64,000 nt of DNA from the human T2T-CHM13v2.0 reference genome, Homo sapiens. The notes beneath the pieces were generated by a model, which was given only the letters and a program-made list of their open reading frames with translations, made no database searches and had not been told where the DNA came from. The stretch lies in assembly GCF_009914755.1 (NCBI RefSeq), contig NC_060927.1; one strand, given 5' to 3'. Numbering within the stretch: position 1 is the first letter of the stretch; every line of letters begins with the position of its first letter. A program made the position numbers and the translations under genes. Positions 51,696 to 64,000 of the stretch are shown piece after piece.

Positions 51696-52120
51696 CTCCC
51701 ACACAGATGAGAATCTATTTTTAGCAGAAATTTCCAACAAGTAGAATTATTGGATCGAAGATGTCAACTTTGCTGTCCTTTTCCAAAAAAACCTCATTTT
51801 TTCATTGATAAATTAATTACTAGCATATTTTGCATACCCACTATGTGCATGGGGCTTTAGGCAAGACATAAACATATATATCTTAGTAGGGAACATGATA
51901 GATTCCCATTTGGGGCCTATGCCTTTTCAGACAAAAATTACTTTTAAACAAATCTTGCTTTCTTTGATCATAAGACTATCCTCTAAATTAATAAAAGACA
52001 GTGGGTCTTTGTTGTAAAGCTGACTGAAGCTACTTTATTATAATACAAAAATTTTCAGTTTAGAACCTTGTGCTACATTGCCACTGAACGTTTGAGATTG
52101 GCTTTTGATTATGTGATTCA

Positions 52121-52436
<316 letters not shown>

Positions 52437-52511
52437 CTATCCCTGATATGCCTAGGCAACCCAACCCCTGGAATGCGTGTTAACCCACATCAGGTTTAGA
52501 GGGCTGGACTC

Positions 52512-52808
52512 TTTTTTTTTTTTTTTGAGACAGAGTCTTGCTCTGTCACCCAGACTGGAGTGCAGTGGCACAGTCTCGGCTCACCGCCAGCTGCGCCTCC
52601 TGGGTTCACGCCATTCTCCTGGCTCAGCCTCCTGAGTAGCTGGGACTACAGGCGCCCGCCACCACAGCTCGGCTAATGTTTTGTATTTTTAGTAGAGACT
52701 GGGTTTCACCGTGTTAGCCAGCATGGTCTCAATCTCTTGACCTCGTGATCTGCCCGCCTCGGCCTCCCAAAGTGCTGGGATTACAGGCGTGAGCCACCGC
52801 GCCCAGCC
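52512..52808 (-). mobile_element. AluY-like
   Basis: ttcacgccattctcc, gtgttagccag diagnostics. Confidence 0.93.
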
Positions 52809-53184
52809 TAGGGCTCTACTCTTGACAGTGCAGCTGCAATGCACAGCATATGGGGCTAGCAGGCTTGAGTCTGATGGTCTCTCTGCAGGACAGCATAATA
52901 TGATGGGACACCAACTCTGGGCAGAGACACTTACCTGTAGCTAGTGAAGAGTAGAGCAGAGACTTGAATTCAGGTAGCTTTACACCAGAGAATGAACATT
53001 TAACCATAGGTTATCTGGCAACTATCAGTGCAAAATTGAATTTCTACAGAAAGAGTTCAGAGGACAGAGTATTTGCTGTGGGCTAGGATTGCCCTATAGG
53101 GCTTTCAGGAAGAAGCTGGGATTTGAATAGTTTCGGTTTAGGTTATGAGGAGGAAGAAGAGGAGGAACATGAAAAGCAACTCAG

Positions 53185-53493
53185 GACCAGGCTTGGTGGC
53201 TCACACCCTGTAATCCTAGCACTTTGGGAGCCCAAGGCGGGTGGATCACTTGAGATCAGGAATTCGAGAACAACCTGGCCAACATGGTGAAACCCTGTAA
53301 AAATACAAAAATTAGCCAGGCATGGTTGCACGCACCTGTAATCCCAGCTACTCAGGAGGCTGAGGCAGGAAAATCACTTGAGGCTGGGAGGCAGAGGTTG
53401 CAGTGAGCCGAGATGGTGCCACTGCACCCCAGCCTGGGCAACAGAGTGAGACTCCATCTCAAAAAAAAAAAAAAGAAAAAGAAAAAAGAAAAA
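53185..53493 (+). mobile_element. AluS-like with TSD
   Basis: TSD gaaaagcaact at 53171-53181 and 53494-53504. Confidence 0.93.
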
Positions 53494-53579
53494 GAAAAGC
53501 AACTTAGAAAGGGAAAAATATGGATATGGAAAAGGGAAAGCAAAAAGTAAGATAGCAGCCAAAACAATAGCAATAAATT

Positions 53580-53780
53580 AACATTACTGATTGCTTTATT
53601 AATATTATGGGCTAGCACCCTGCTAAGTGCTCTACAGGAAACATTTTATTTAATCCTTAATAAATTGGGATGAGATAATGCTATTCTTTTTGTATAGATG
53701 AGGAAATGGGACTTAAATATATATTAAGTAAGCTGCCCAAAGCCATGGAGCCAATAAATATGTGTAGCCCAGTGATTGGA
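53580..53780 (-). mobile_element. MIR
   Basis: tgctaagtgctctaca...atttaatcctta...atagatgaggaaatggg...attaagtaagctgcccaa. Confidence 0.7.
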
Positions 53781-54194
53781 GGGGATGAAGGGCAAGGCAC
53801 TCATGGATGTTAAGGGGCATCGTGGGAAGGGTAGAGAGGAACACTGGGACAGGTCATGGAGCGTCTTTGATATGGAGGCTGACCATGCCAGTAGGCAGTG
53901 GGGAATCCTTGAAACATTTTTGAGCACTGGAGTGACATATGAAAGGGCATCTATGAGAAAATCATTTTATTTTTATCCTTAAACTCTCCCCACTCTCTGA
54001 TGAGAGGTGGAAACCCTGTGTCACTCCAGATTTATAGATGCATTCAGTGATGGCAGGTGGTGATTACAAAGGAAGATCTGAAGATAAAGCTGGAGCAGGA
54101 TGACCTTCTCCTTTCATCCCTGCCTTGAGGGCCCCAGCTGGGACCTAAAATAGTCTAATATATATTGACACCTGGTTAGGTCCAACAGTGCTCC

Positions 54195-54460
54195 AGGGAA
54201 AAGAGCATAAGCTCTGAGACAAGAAGGACCTGGATTCAAATCCTGGCTCTGCCACTTTCTAGCTTTGTGCACATTCCTGAGTGTCTAGTTACTAGTCTGT
54301 GAATCCTAGTGGGAAGGGACTGTGCCCTGTTCACACTGTGAACAATGCCTGACTTAAAGGCTTCACAATCATTCTTTTTTGAGTAAGAAGAGAATGGAGC
54401 TTTCTGAGGCTTTATCTCTTCATCTGTAAACGAGGATTATCACAACTACTTCATAAAGTC
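54195..54460 (+). mobile_element. MIR apparently split by an L2 3' fragment (~54285-54390)
   Basis: gacctggattcaaatcctggctctgccact [ctagtctgtgaatcc...gggactgtgcc...acaatgcctgac] ctcttcatctgtaaa. Confidence 0.6.
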
Positions 54461-55038
54461 TTGTCTCTCATAAACCTAGGAATTGCAAACAATCCAGGCC
54501 CTTTCTGGACAGGGAGGCCTATGTCTCTGCTGCCATGTTATCCTGATTTCCCATGTTTTGCCATCAGGGTGGGGGTGGGAAGAGATGATGATTCCTTGTT
54601 ATTTTGGAAAGTAATTTTTTCTTGATTATTAAAGTAATACATGTTTATTTTATATAGAATTTGGAAAAAATTCAAAGAAATTTGAAAAAATAGAAAACAG
54701 AAAGTAAAAACATGTTCCTGTAAGATAATATGTATTAGTGTTCATGTTTTAGACAATTTTTTTAGTCTTTATTCTTTTCCTCTACATATACATTTTATGT
54801 AATAAAATTGTGATCATATTGAATACAACTTTCTAACCTGTGTTTTTCTCCAGTACCATTTTATCATGAGACTTTCCCTAGATCTTAAACCGTATTTCAA
54901 AATAGGATTTTTAATGTCTGTATAAAATTTCATTATGTGAACTTCCTTTACTTTATTAAAACTTTCTCTTACTTTCCAACAAGTGCTTGGTTTTCAGTTT
55001 TTCAGTATTGGAAAGGACATGGCAAGGCACCACCTCAC

Positions 55039-55206
55039 TAGTGGGCGCTCAAAGGTTGCTTCCAGGCTGACTGATTCAGAATTACCTGGGTAGCTTTTAA
55101 ACCAGATTTCTCTCTTCCACCCTAGATTCCTGAAGAGGGAGGTGGCTATTAAGAAAAAAAATAAAAGGACCCTCCAGGTGATCCTGTTGTAAATTAGGAA
55201 CCACTA
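55039..55206. mobile_element. MER5A1-like MITE
   Basis: tagtgg...tcagaattacctggg...ccctccaggtgatcctg...ttaggaaccacta. Confidence 0.6.
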
Positions 55207-55510
55207 ATCTTGAGTTCTCAGAGGACTGTTTTTTCGTTTTTTTGTTTTTTTGTTTTTTTTTCATAGCTGAAATCCTCTTGCCCCACACAGTGCCTGACAC
55301 AGTGGGTGTTCTGTAAATACTTACTGAGTGAATTAACAAATCTTATATTCTGCATTTTAATTCTGGTTCTTGTTTCCTTAGCGGAGTCTTGAAGGTAAAT
55401 TGTTGGGTTAAAATTTTCATTTTAAAAAACATTGATGGTACTTTTTAAATAAGTACTTTCTCTAAAAATCAATATATATTTCTTTTTCTTTAGAAATACA
55501 TATTTTTCTT

Positions 55511-55811
55511 TTTTCTTTTCTTTTTGAGACAGAGTCTCGCTCTGTCGCCCAGGCTGGAGTGCAGTGGCGCGATATCGGCTCACTGCAAGCTTCCGCCTCT
55601 GGGGTTCACGCCATTCTCCTGCCTCAGCCTCCTGCGTAGCTAGGACTACAGGCGCCCGCCACCACGCCCGGCTAATTTTTTTTTTGTATTTTTAGTAGAG
55701 ACGGGGTTTCACCATGTTAGCCAGGATGGTCTCAATCTCCTGACCTTGTGATCCGCCTGCCTCGGCCTCCCAAAGTGTTGGGATTACAGGCGTGAGCCAC
55801 CGTGCCTGGCC
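55511..55811 (-). mobile_element. AluY with 19-bp TSD
   Basis: TSD agaaatacatatttttctt at 55492-55510 and 55813-55831. Confidence 0.96.
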
Positions 55812-57039
55812 CAGAAATACATATTTTTCTTATAAGAACAATATAGATTCATAATATAAAAATTTCAAAATGTAGATATGTAAAAAGAAAAAATCATATA
55901 ATATGCACACACATATATGTATATGTATATTTCCATTCAGTTCTTTTCCTGTATATATATATGTGAATATATGTGAAAAATATATATTAGCCACATATCA
56001 TGCAGTAAACAAAATGTTGTATAATCTGCTTTTTCTTTGTGGGTCTCACAATCATTATTTTAAATCCTGGTTTGGCAGTTTTTGCAATTATATTTCTAGC
56101 CTGTTAATAAATAATACCTAGTCTATTAAATCTGTGTGTAATAGGGATCTATTTTCATGGCTGAATTTAAACATTTCCAAAATCATTACTAAACACAGTT
56201 TAAAAATATTTAGTGAAACATTTTGTTTGGTGTGGTGTAGACTGCAAGTTTTCATACTTTTTGCATTTATAGGAACTGGTAAATATCTTTTGGGGAACGG
56301 CATGGAAGTGACATATTAGTAAAGCCATTTAAATAACCTAATTACCATCTACTACTATATCAGAGAAGAAATGATATTTTAATGTAGAAAATGTAAATGC
56401 ATTTACTTTTCTAAAAATTAAAACTCAGTTTGAGATGTGCAGACCCTATGTCACTTTAGAAATGTAAAATGTCACATAGCAATTGTAGAGGATGTATTCT
56501 GGGTAAGAAGGATAAAGCTGAGAATAAGTTTGCTAATTTTGCCCCAGACTGATGAAAACATCGTCATTAACCAGCTCCAGTCCTTCAGTATCCACTAGAT
56601 AAATGCATGTCTTGCTTCTTAGCCATTGTATTTTCCTTCACTTATTTGTGGGCTCCTAGAAGGGAGAAGTCATGTTTAATTCATCTTTGAAGTCCTAGTG
56701 CTTAAGACTGTGCAGTTAGAGTAAATGGAATGATTGTGAGAAAGCACACTCCATTTCTGAACTACTTTCTTTTCACTTTGTCACTCAACTTTCTCTAAGT
56801 TGCTCTTTAAATTGGTATTCATTATTTGAGCAAAAGATTTAGGTCACAGAGTTGGGGAACAGACCATTTTTATGCAGTTACAAACTTGATTTTCAAGATC
56901 TGGCAAGATTGAAGAAAGATGTTTAATATACATTATCTTTACATCTAGCAACTCAAACCATAGAGGAGCATGAACACAGGATTACTGTTGTACAGGTCAT
57001 GTTAGAACTGCTTTGCAAATTTGGTCCCTACTTTAATGT

Positions 57040-57395
57040 CCCATTGCTATTTTGTGTTTCCTCTACCAGAGGCTCCATTCTCTTATCTGTCAAGCTCCTC
57101 CTCCTCCTTTAAAAGCCCAGGTCAAATGCTCCTTCCTCTACGGAGACTTTTCCCCCCTTTTCCTTCAATGTCTCTAAACTGGGCAGAAGCAGTCATTTCC
57201 ATCTTCATGCTCCCATTATGATCTGTTCATGCCTAAATTTTATCACGCCATTGTGCTTTTCTGTTAAATATATAAGGGTCTATCTTTGGTGCATGTTGAA
57301 GTTCCCTGAGGGATGGGGAGGGTTATTATCTTTGTCCTCAGTATTTAGTACAATATATGATCTAGGGTAAGGAACTCATACACTAATATTTTTAG
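57040..57395 (+). mobile_element. L2 3' fragment
   Basis: ctcctcctcctttaaaagcccaggtcaaatgctccttcctct...gttccctgagggatgggga. Confidence 0.6.
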
Positions 57396-58156
57396 GGCCT
57401 TTTAATTTAGGATCATCAGCTATACATATATATATTTAAATCCTTTTTGTTCTCAGTGGCTGCTAAGCTAAATCCATGATGATATGCAACAAATCCAGGA
57501 TGTCCTTTTGAATGGGTTCTTTTGGCTGGGTGGCTTCTCAGGCATCTTCAGCCATTGTTAAATGGCTTCTCATGGAAGCCATGAGAAGGCGTTGTGGGTG
57601 GGGTGGGATGGGGCTCTTGAGGCAGATGCAGTACCCAAACTCTCTCTCTCCACATACTGTTGTAAGGAGGGTGGCTTGGTTCTCAACCCATTGGTCTTCC
57701 AAACCCAAATATGTTTAATCACCTACAAGTACCACTCATTAGACTACCCCTAAAAACAATAATTAGGTACCACATTTCAATGTGAAGTGATCCATGTTAC
57801 CATTGTTTCTTCTGCATAGTGACTCTCCCACTGCTGGTATTGTGACAGCTAAATAAAAAGGCCAGTAATATGTGGGTTTCTGTTTTTTGTTTTTTTACCT
57901 TGAGGAAACAAAGACTCTCCTGACGTAATGAGATACTAGGAATCTGAAAAGAGCCAAACAGAACAATAGATTCTTTTTTGTATATTATTATTATGAAGCC
58001 ACTAAGAAGGAATTATTCAGCAATAACATATGGGAGACTGGTTATTGTTACAACTTTCAGCTCATCACTAGGGGAAACAACAAGTTGTTCAAAGCAACCT
58101 GTGAGGGGTGGATTACCAGAAATGCACATAAATTGTTAGAATTGACACTGTCTCCT

Positions 58157-58493
<337 letters not shown>

Positions 58494-59026
58494 TTAACAA
58501 GCAACAAAATGCTAATAAGAATCTCTCAATGCACCTTTCAAACAAAACTCTCTAGTGTTAGCCCAAAGTTTTAAAAAAGGGCAAACTTTTTTTATTAAAA
58601 AAGCGTTTGGCCGTGTTGCCTTGTACATGACTTTTGGAGCCCTCACTAAAAAGCTGTTTACCCTAATTTCCCAGTAATGTCTTCATTTCTTGGTCAGGAG
58701 ATTTAGATTATCTCATTACCAAGATCCTGATTCATTGGCTTGAGGAGTTAGGTTCCCCCCACAAAAGGTCCTCTCTGTCCTCTGGGAAGTAAAAAAGCCA
58801 CATATAACTCCATATAACTGCCATAGAATGCCCAGACAACTAAACTGACATCTTACCATGTGATTGGTCTGGTGCCCAGGAGCACCATGGGAGAGAATTT
58901 GAACGCTCTTGGCAGTTGAGATTCAGACCTTGACAGTTGTAACCGATAGACTGGGCTGGGGCAACGCTGATGAAAGGCAAATTCCTGAGAGAAAAATCAC
59001 CCAGAGTAAGGAGTTTGGCACTGTAG

Positions 59027-59408
<382 letters not shown>

Positions 59409-60539
59409 TGAGAGCTCTCTGAGAGGGCTGTGTGTCTTGGGAATGAGAGAGTTATGAGGTAAAACAGAAAAAAACATCATATGGGGCCCCAGCCATTTGA
59501 GAATTGGGCCCTGGAAGAAAAAATGTGTTTCCCTGTTGGGTATTGGGTGGAGAGTGGTGTTAGGATTGGAGATTAGGAGGCAGAAGATAGGGAAATACAG
59601 GCAGGGGTAAGAACAGATAGCACAGGGCCCTGCTGGAGGGCAGGAGCGGGGCAGCGCTCCCCGACGGAGCTCTGAGGTCCTAGTGAGCCTCACATTATTA
59701 GGCTCTGAGTGCTGGGGGGATTTTTCAGAAACAAAAGAAAAGCTTCTAAATTTTAAAGAGTGACTAATCCATGTGAAAGGATGGGACATAATGACCAACA
59801 ATACAGGGCAGTGGCATTTTTAAATAGTGCCAACAATAAGAGCACTTGTAATTCAGAGGGAGAAGGGGTTTCTGGGAAGATGGTTAGAAGGGGCTTAAAG
59901 GAGGCTTAATTGAAGAGCCTTAAAAGAAAGACCAAATTTAGGTAGCTGGAGGGAGGAACACTGGGGGCAAGAAAAATTCATAAGAGCTAAGGTGTGCCTT
60001 GATTCTGTCAGCTCCATTGGATAACTCTGGTATGCCACCTATTATGACCATTGTGTTTAAGTTTTTCAGTGCCTTCTCTAGCTTTCTAGAAGTTGTTATG
60101 AGTGGACCTGACTACCTAGAGAGAGTAATACAGAAGCTCCGTGCCGATCACAGCTACCTCATTACCATGTTCCTCCAAGATGGCCGCCCCTGAGGAGAAT
60201 CATCAACTGGGCTTTACGGAAGAGAGAAATCCAAACGACCATCAGCAACAAATGAAAGACTGAAGTTGAAAGGCAAGTCTTCAGATTTGAAGTAAGAGCT
60301 GTATCCAGTGTGAGGTTATATTCTGGAAGGGAATGAAATTTCTGAGGTGGCAAGATATCAGTTAGTAAACTAATTTTGTCACTGTGGCTATTTGTATAAC
60401 TCACATGTGTGTACATTTCACTGCCTGAGATGAATACCTGTATCTTGGTTCCCAATTGGTTCTATCTTAGTATACAGAGTTACTGTAAAATGAAAGACGC
60501 AAAAGAACGACAAGGTTAAGAGAATTTTCAGATAGATGA

Positions 60540-60656
60540 TCAGATGCAGAACCAGGGATTCAGAGAAGAATGAAGTCTTTCTCCTCCCATGTCCTCCTCC
60601 CACTGGGATATCATTAAGAAGCAGTTGGAGAAATATGTCTCAATAACCTTGAACTC
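60540..60656. repeat. Copy 1 of a ~117-bp local direct duplication
   Basis: ~85% identical to 61667-61782 by hand alignment. Confidence 0.9.
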
Positions 60657-61666
60657 ATCCCTGCCCTGATCCTTCTGGAAACTGAGAATCAGTATGACAT
60701 GTATTGATGAATTAATATTCTAGGCAGGCTAATTCTATTATTCTGCCCAACTCGGGAGAGAGAGAAGAGTTTACTATGCAATGAAAATAATTTTCTCCCA
60801 ATGTCATCTTCGCCCTTTGGACAAGTGTAGTGAGCACCAATTGAAGGGGTTGAGAAGTAAGTGGTCAGGTAAATGGCTTGACAGATACTCTGTTCCCAGT
60901 CACACTGCCTTTCACTGTTAAGTCTATTTCTCCCTAAATTATCCATGCTGGCTCTCAGTGCAACATGACTCACTGATTCTTCACCAACCCTTCAGTTCCC
61001 TTGAAGTAGCAGGTGGTTAAAAGTTTGCTGCCGATTATAAACCTCTGACCTTCAACAGCACCCTCTTCTTGACTGCTTCTGAATCTGGTGTTTTAGCAAC
61101 TAAATATCAGAGATGTTGTTAAGTGAGTATTTTGGGGTTTTGGCTTCATGTTTGGTCCAAGACATTATGAAAGGATAAGGGATTCTATGGTTATTATTTT
61201 AACTATATTCTATGGCTATTATTTTTGCAATAAAAATACAACTACCACTGTCCCAACTTTACCACTCCCCACTAAAGATCAGCACCAAAAGGGCTTCTGG
61301 GGTTTCCAGGCAACAGGTTTATCAAAGATACCATCAATTTTAAACTTTAATTAATGTCTTCCTCTTTATTATTATTATTGTATATATATTTTTTTACAAA
61401 GTCCATAAGAATTTCATGGCTGCAGTCTCCTAGAGGAGTTCTTATGATTCATCCAGCCTGAAAGAGTGCCTCCTTATGAGGTCAAGGCTTTCAGAGCTGT
61501 ATGCAGCCTGTCACCTGGACCTCCTGGCCCTGCCCCATTTCAGGTGGGTCACTGCATGAACTGCAGGTATTGAGAGGATCTTTGCTTTTCTACTTTAGCT
61601 GCTCCATGGACATAATCCCCCATCCCCGCTTTACATTTTCATTCTTTTACATCCATTGCCTGAATG

Positions 61667-61782
61667 TCAGATGCAGAACCAGGGATCAGAGAGGAATGAA
61701 GTCCTTCTCCCCCAATATCTTCCTCCTACTGGGATATCATTAAGAGCCAATGAAGGAAATACATCTCAATAACCTTGAACTC
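61667..61782. repeat. Copy 2 of a ~117-bp local direct duplication
   Basis: tcagatgcagaaccagggat...actgggatatcattaaga...tctcaataaccttgaactc shared with 60540-60656. Confidence 0.9.
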
Positions 61783-62314
61783 TCTGAAAATCATGGGGTT
61801 AAGGGAATTTAACAGGGGTGACTACTGGTTTCTCTGGAACTCTTCCCGCTTCGAGCTTCTAGAATGTGGGCTGAATAAAACATGTGGCTTTGCCTGCAAT
61901 TGCAGGGAGTCCAGAGCCACAAGCTTCAAGCTCTGGAAAGAGCCATTGGCCTGGGATATTGGTTGTTGTTAAAATGTTAAGTGAAACAGGCAGTTTAACA
62001 TGCAGCAATGAGTTTCACTTACATAAAGAGGAATATGTATAGATAAAAGATCTGAATTCAGTAAATTAAAGTATTCACAGCTGCATTGTAAGATTATAGT
62101 TGATAGTTTTCTTTGTTTTCCTGCACTTCCCAGCCCACAAAGAGCATGTGTTATTTTTATCAATAGAGTTTTAGCCTTTAAGAAGAAATAACGTAAGGGT
62201 AGGAATTGTGCTTCTTTCATTTCACTGTTGTGGTTAATGACTTCTATGGTGGACACCTGGCCCAGCACCTGGGTAATCTAGCATTTATTTCAGTGCTTCT
62301 TGGGACAGTTGAAA

Positions 62315-62520
62315 CAGTGGTGACTAAGTGCCAGGAATGATACTAGGCGCTTTACATAGGTTATTTTTAAGTCATACTATCAAGGTAGGTACTATCCCCA
62401 CCTTAATCTTGTAGACAAAGAACTTGAGGCATACAGATTAAGTAACTTATCCTAAATTACCCAGCTAGTAAGAGTCCAGGCTAAGTTTTGAGCCCATGTC
62501 TATCTGGTTCAAAATGGTTT
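62315..62520 (-). mobile_element. MIR
   Basis: gtgccaggaatgatactaggcgctttaca...attaagtaacttatcctaa...cagctagtaagag. Confidence 0.75.
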
Positions 62521-63389
62521 CAAAATGGGCTTTCACTATTTCCAGCATGACTACCTGATTCCTAGTCTTAGAGCTTTATCTCTTGTCTCTGCATGTAAAA
62601 CTCGGGTCTGTTTTTACCCGTGTCACTGGGTTGATTCACCCCTAAAAAAGCATTCCTCTTGCTGGGATAGTTTGGTGTTGTCATGAAGAGGCCCCCTCCC
62701 AAATTGAAAGCTGTGTGGCAGCCGGCCTTCAGCCTGAACTCAGACTTGCTTTCATTTACTCATTCACTTCCCTTTTGTTGTGAATGTTCCCACTCACAGG
62801 CCATGGGTACACCCAGACAGAGTGAGGGTGTGGTCACCAGGAGATCACTGGTGTCCCGCAGTAGGAGTGAAGCGGCGGGGACACAGCACCCTCAGGCTTC
62901 TGCTGGTAGTGGCTCAGGCAACCCTCACCTGACCCTTCTGCCCTCAGGCTGTGGGAAGGCTGGAGCCTGACCTAGATTTTAGGGAAAAAAGAATTGAGGG
63001 CTTTCTGAGGTGAGGGTGGAGGTGAGGCAGGGCAGATAAGGCGTCTTCTCTTTAAGAGGGAAGTAAAGACTCAAATAATGAAAGGAATCAATTTAGAGTA
63101 AGTTCTTCATGTTTTAGCTTGGCTGGAGGCATTCTGGTTAATCAACTATTCTTAACAAGGGTGGTGGTGTGTGCTATACGTGGCTGAACGCTTTTCCAGG
63201 GATTATAAACACAATTAAGTATGGGTAAAATCCAAACTTCACTAAATTTAATTAAATTTTTCTTTGATGATTCGTAAGACCTTCAGGATCCTGTAGTGCC
63301 TCAGGGTCACCATTAGGTTTATCATCATCCTTGATGAGGTGGGGCAGCTGAATAAAAGCAACAGATTTAAAATTACAGATCGCACTCCC

Positions 63390-63530
63390 ACCCTGCCTAC
63401 TTGGGTGGTATTGGACAGGTGACTTTGACCTCTGGAGCCTCAGAGTCTCTTCCAAAATAAGGGTGGCAGCATTACCTCATAGGGTTGTCATAGCAGAAAA
63501 CTATGTGCATGAAGAATATTGTCCTTATCA
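63390..63530 (+). mobile_element. MIR
   Basis: ttggacaggtgactttgacctctggagcctcagagtctc...tacctcatagggttgt. Confidence 0.7.
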
Positions 63531-64000
63531 TCATTACTATTAAGCTACAAGGACATCAAACTGCCAGCTGATACAATGTCTTTTTTTTTTATTTTAAGCA
63601 TGTTTCAAAGCCATTTACTTTGGTCTCCTTTTAAGGAAAATGACTTCCCCAGCAGCAGGAATTGCTGAGAAAGTGATATTTAGTCAAGTGCTAAGAAGAG
63701 TGCTATAAAACATTGTTTAACCTGCAGAAGCAGTATAAGTCTGTTGTTAAAAAAAAAAAAAACACTAAAGAAAAACATGCTTTCTAAAAAGTTCACTTCT
63801 ACTCTAATTGTTTCAATCTTCTCCAGAGGTAAGCCTTTCATAATTCAGTGTGTACATGAGATTTAAATTATACTGTTCATTATTGTTCTGTGACTTTGCT
63901 TTTTTTTTTTTTCAATTGACAACTTAGCTTGGGGATCTTTTTATTCTTTCTGAGAGCTGCATCTGCATAGTCTTTCATAAGATGGATGAATTTCATCTTG

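Noticed and set aside
60540-60616. Possible C/D box snoRNA on the minus strand of the duplicated unit (ATGATA...CTGA)
   Set aside because: C box is non-consensus, there is no terminal stem and I recognise no rRNA-complementary guide; would need Infernal/Rfam support

Overview
This is hominoid (human or great-ape type) non-coding genomic DNA, most likely a large intron or intergenic region. The main taxonomic evidence is a full-length SVA retrotransposon and about 51 Alu elements or fragments (roughly a fifth of the window). Also present: L1PA/L1MC/L1ME, L2, L3/CR1, MIR, MaLR LTRs (MLT1B, MSTA, MSTB, MLT1H) and DNA transposons (MER91A, MER46C, MER5, Tigger3). I cannot confidently call any protein-coding gene, tRNA, rRNA or CRISPR array. 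Most ORFs in the supplied track are Alu, SVA, L1 or microsatellite translations or short chance ORFs. I see no convincing new biological system. The best leads are: a ~117-bp duplication at 60.5/61.7 kb that I cannot assign to a repeat; a candidate coding first exon at 48025-48170; a nested L2>L1>SVA/Alu insertion stack with readable target-site duplications (TSDs); a fold-back micro-rearrangement in the L1; a tail-less Alu; and a perfect ER6 nuclear-receptor palindrome. Repeat subfamily names come from remembered consensus sequences and need RepeatMasker/Dfam confirmation. Boundaries of old repeats are approximate.
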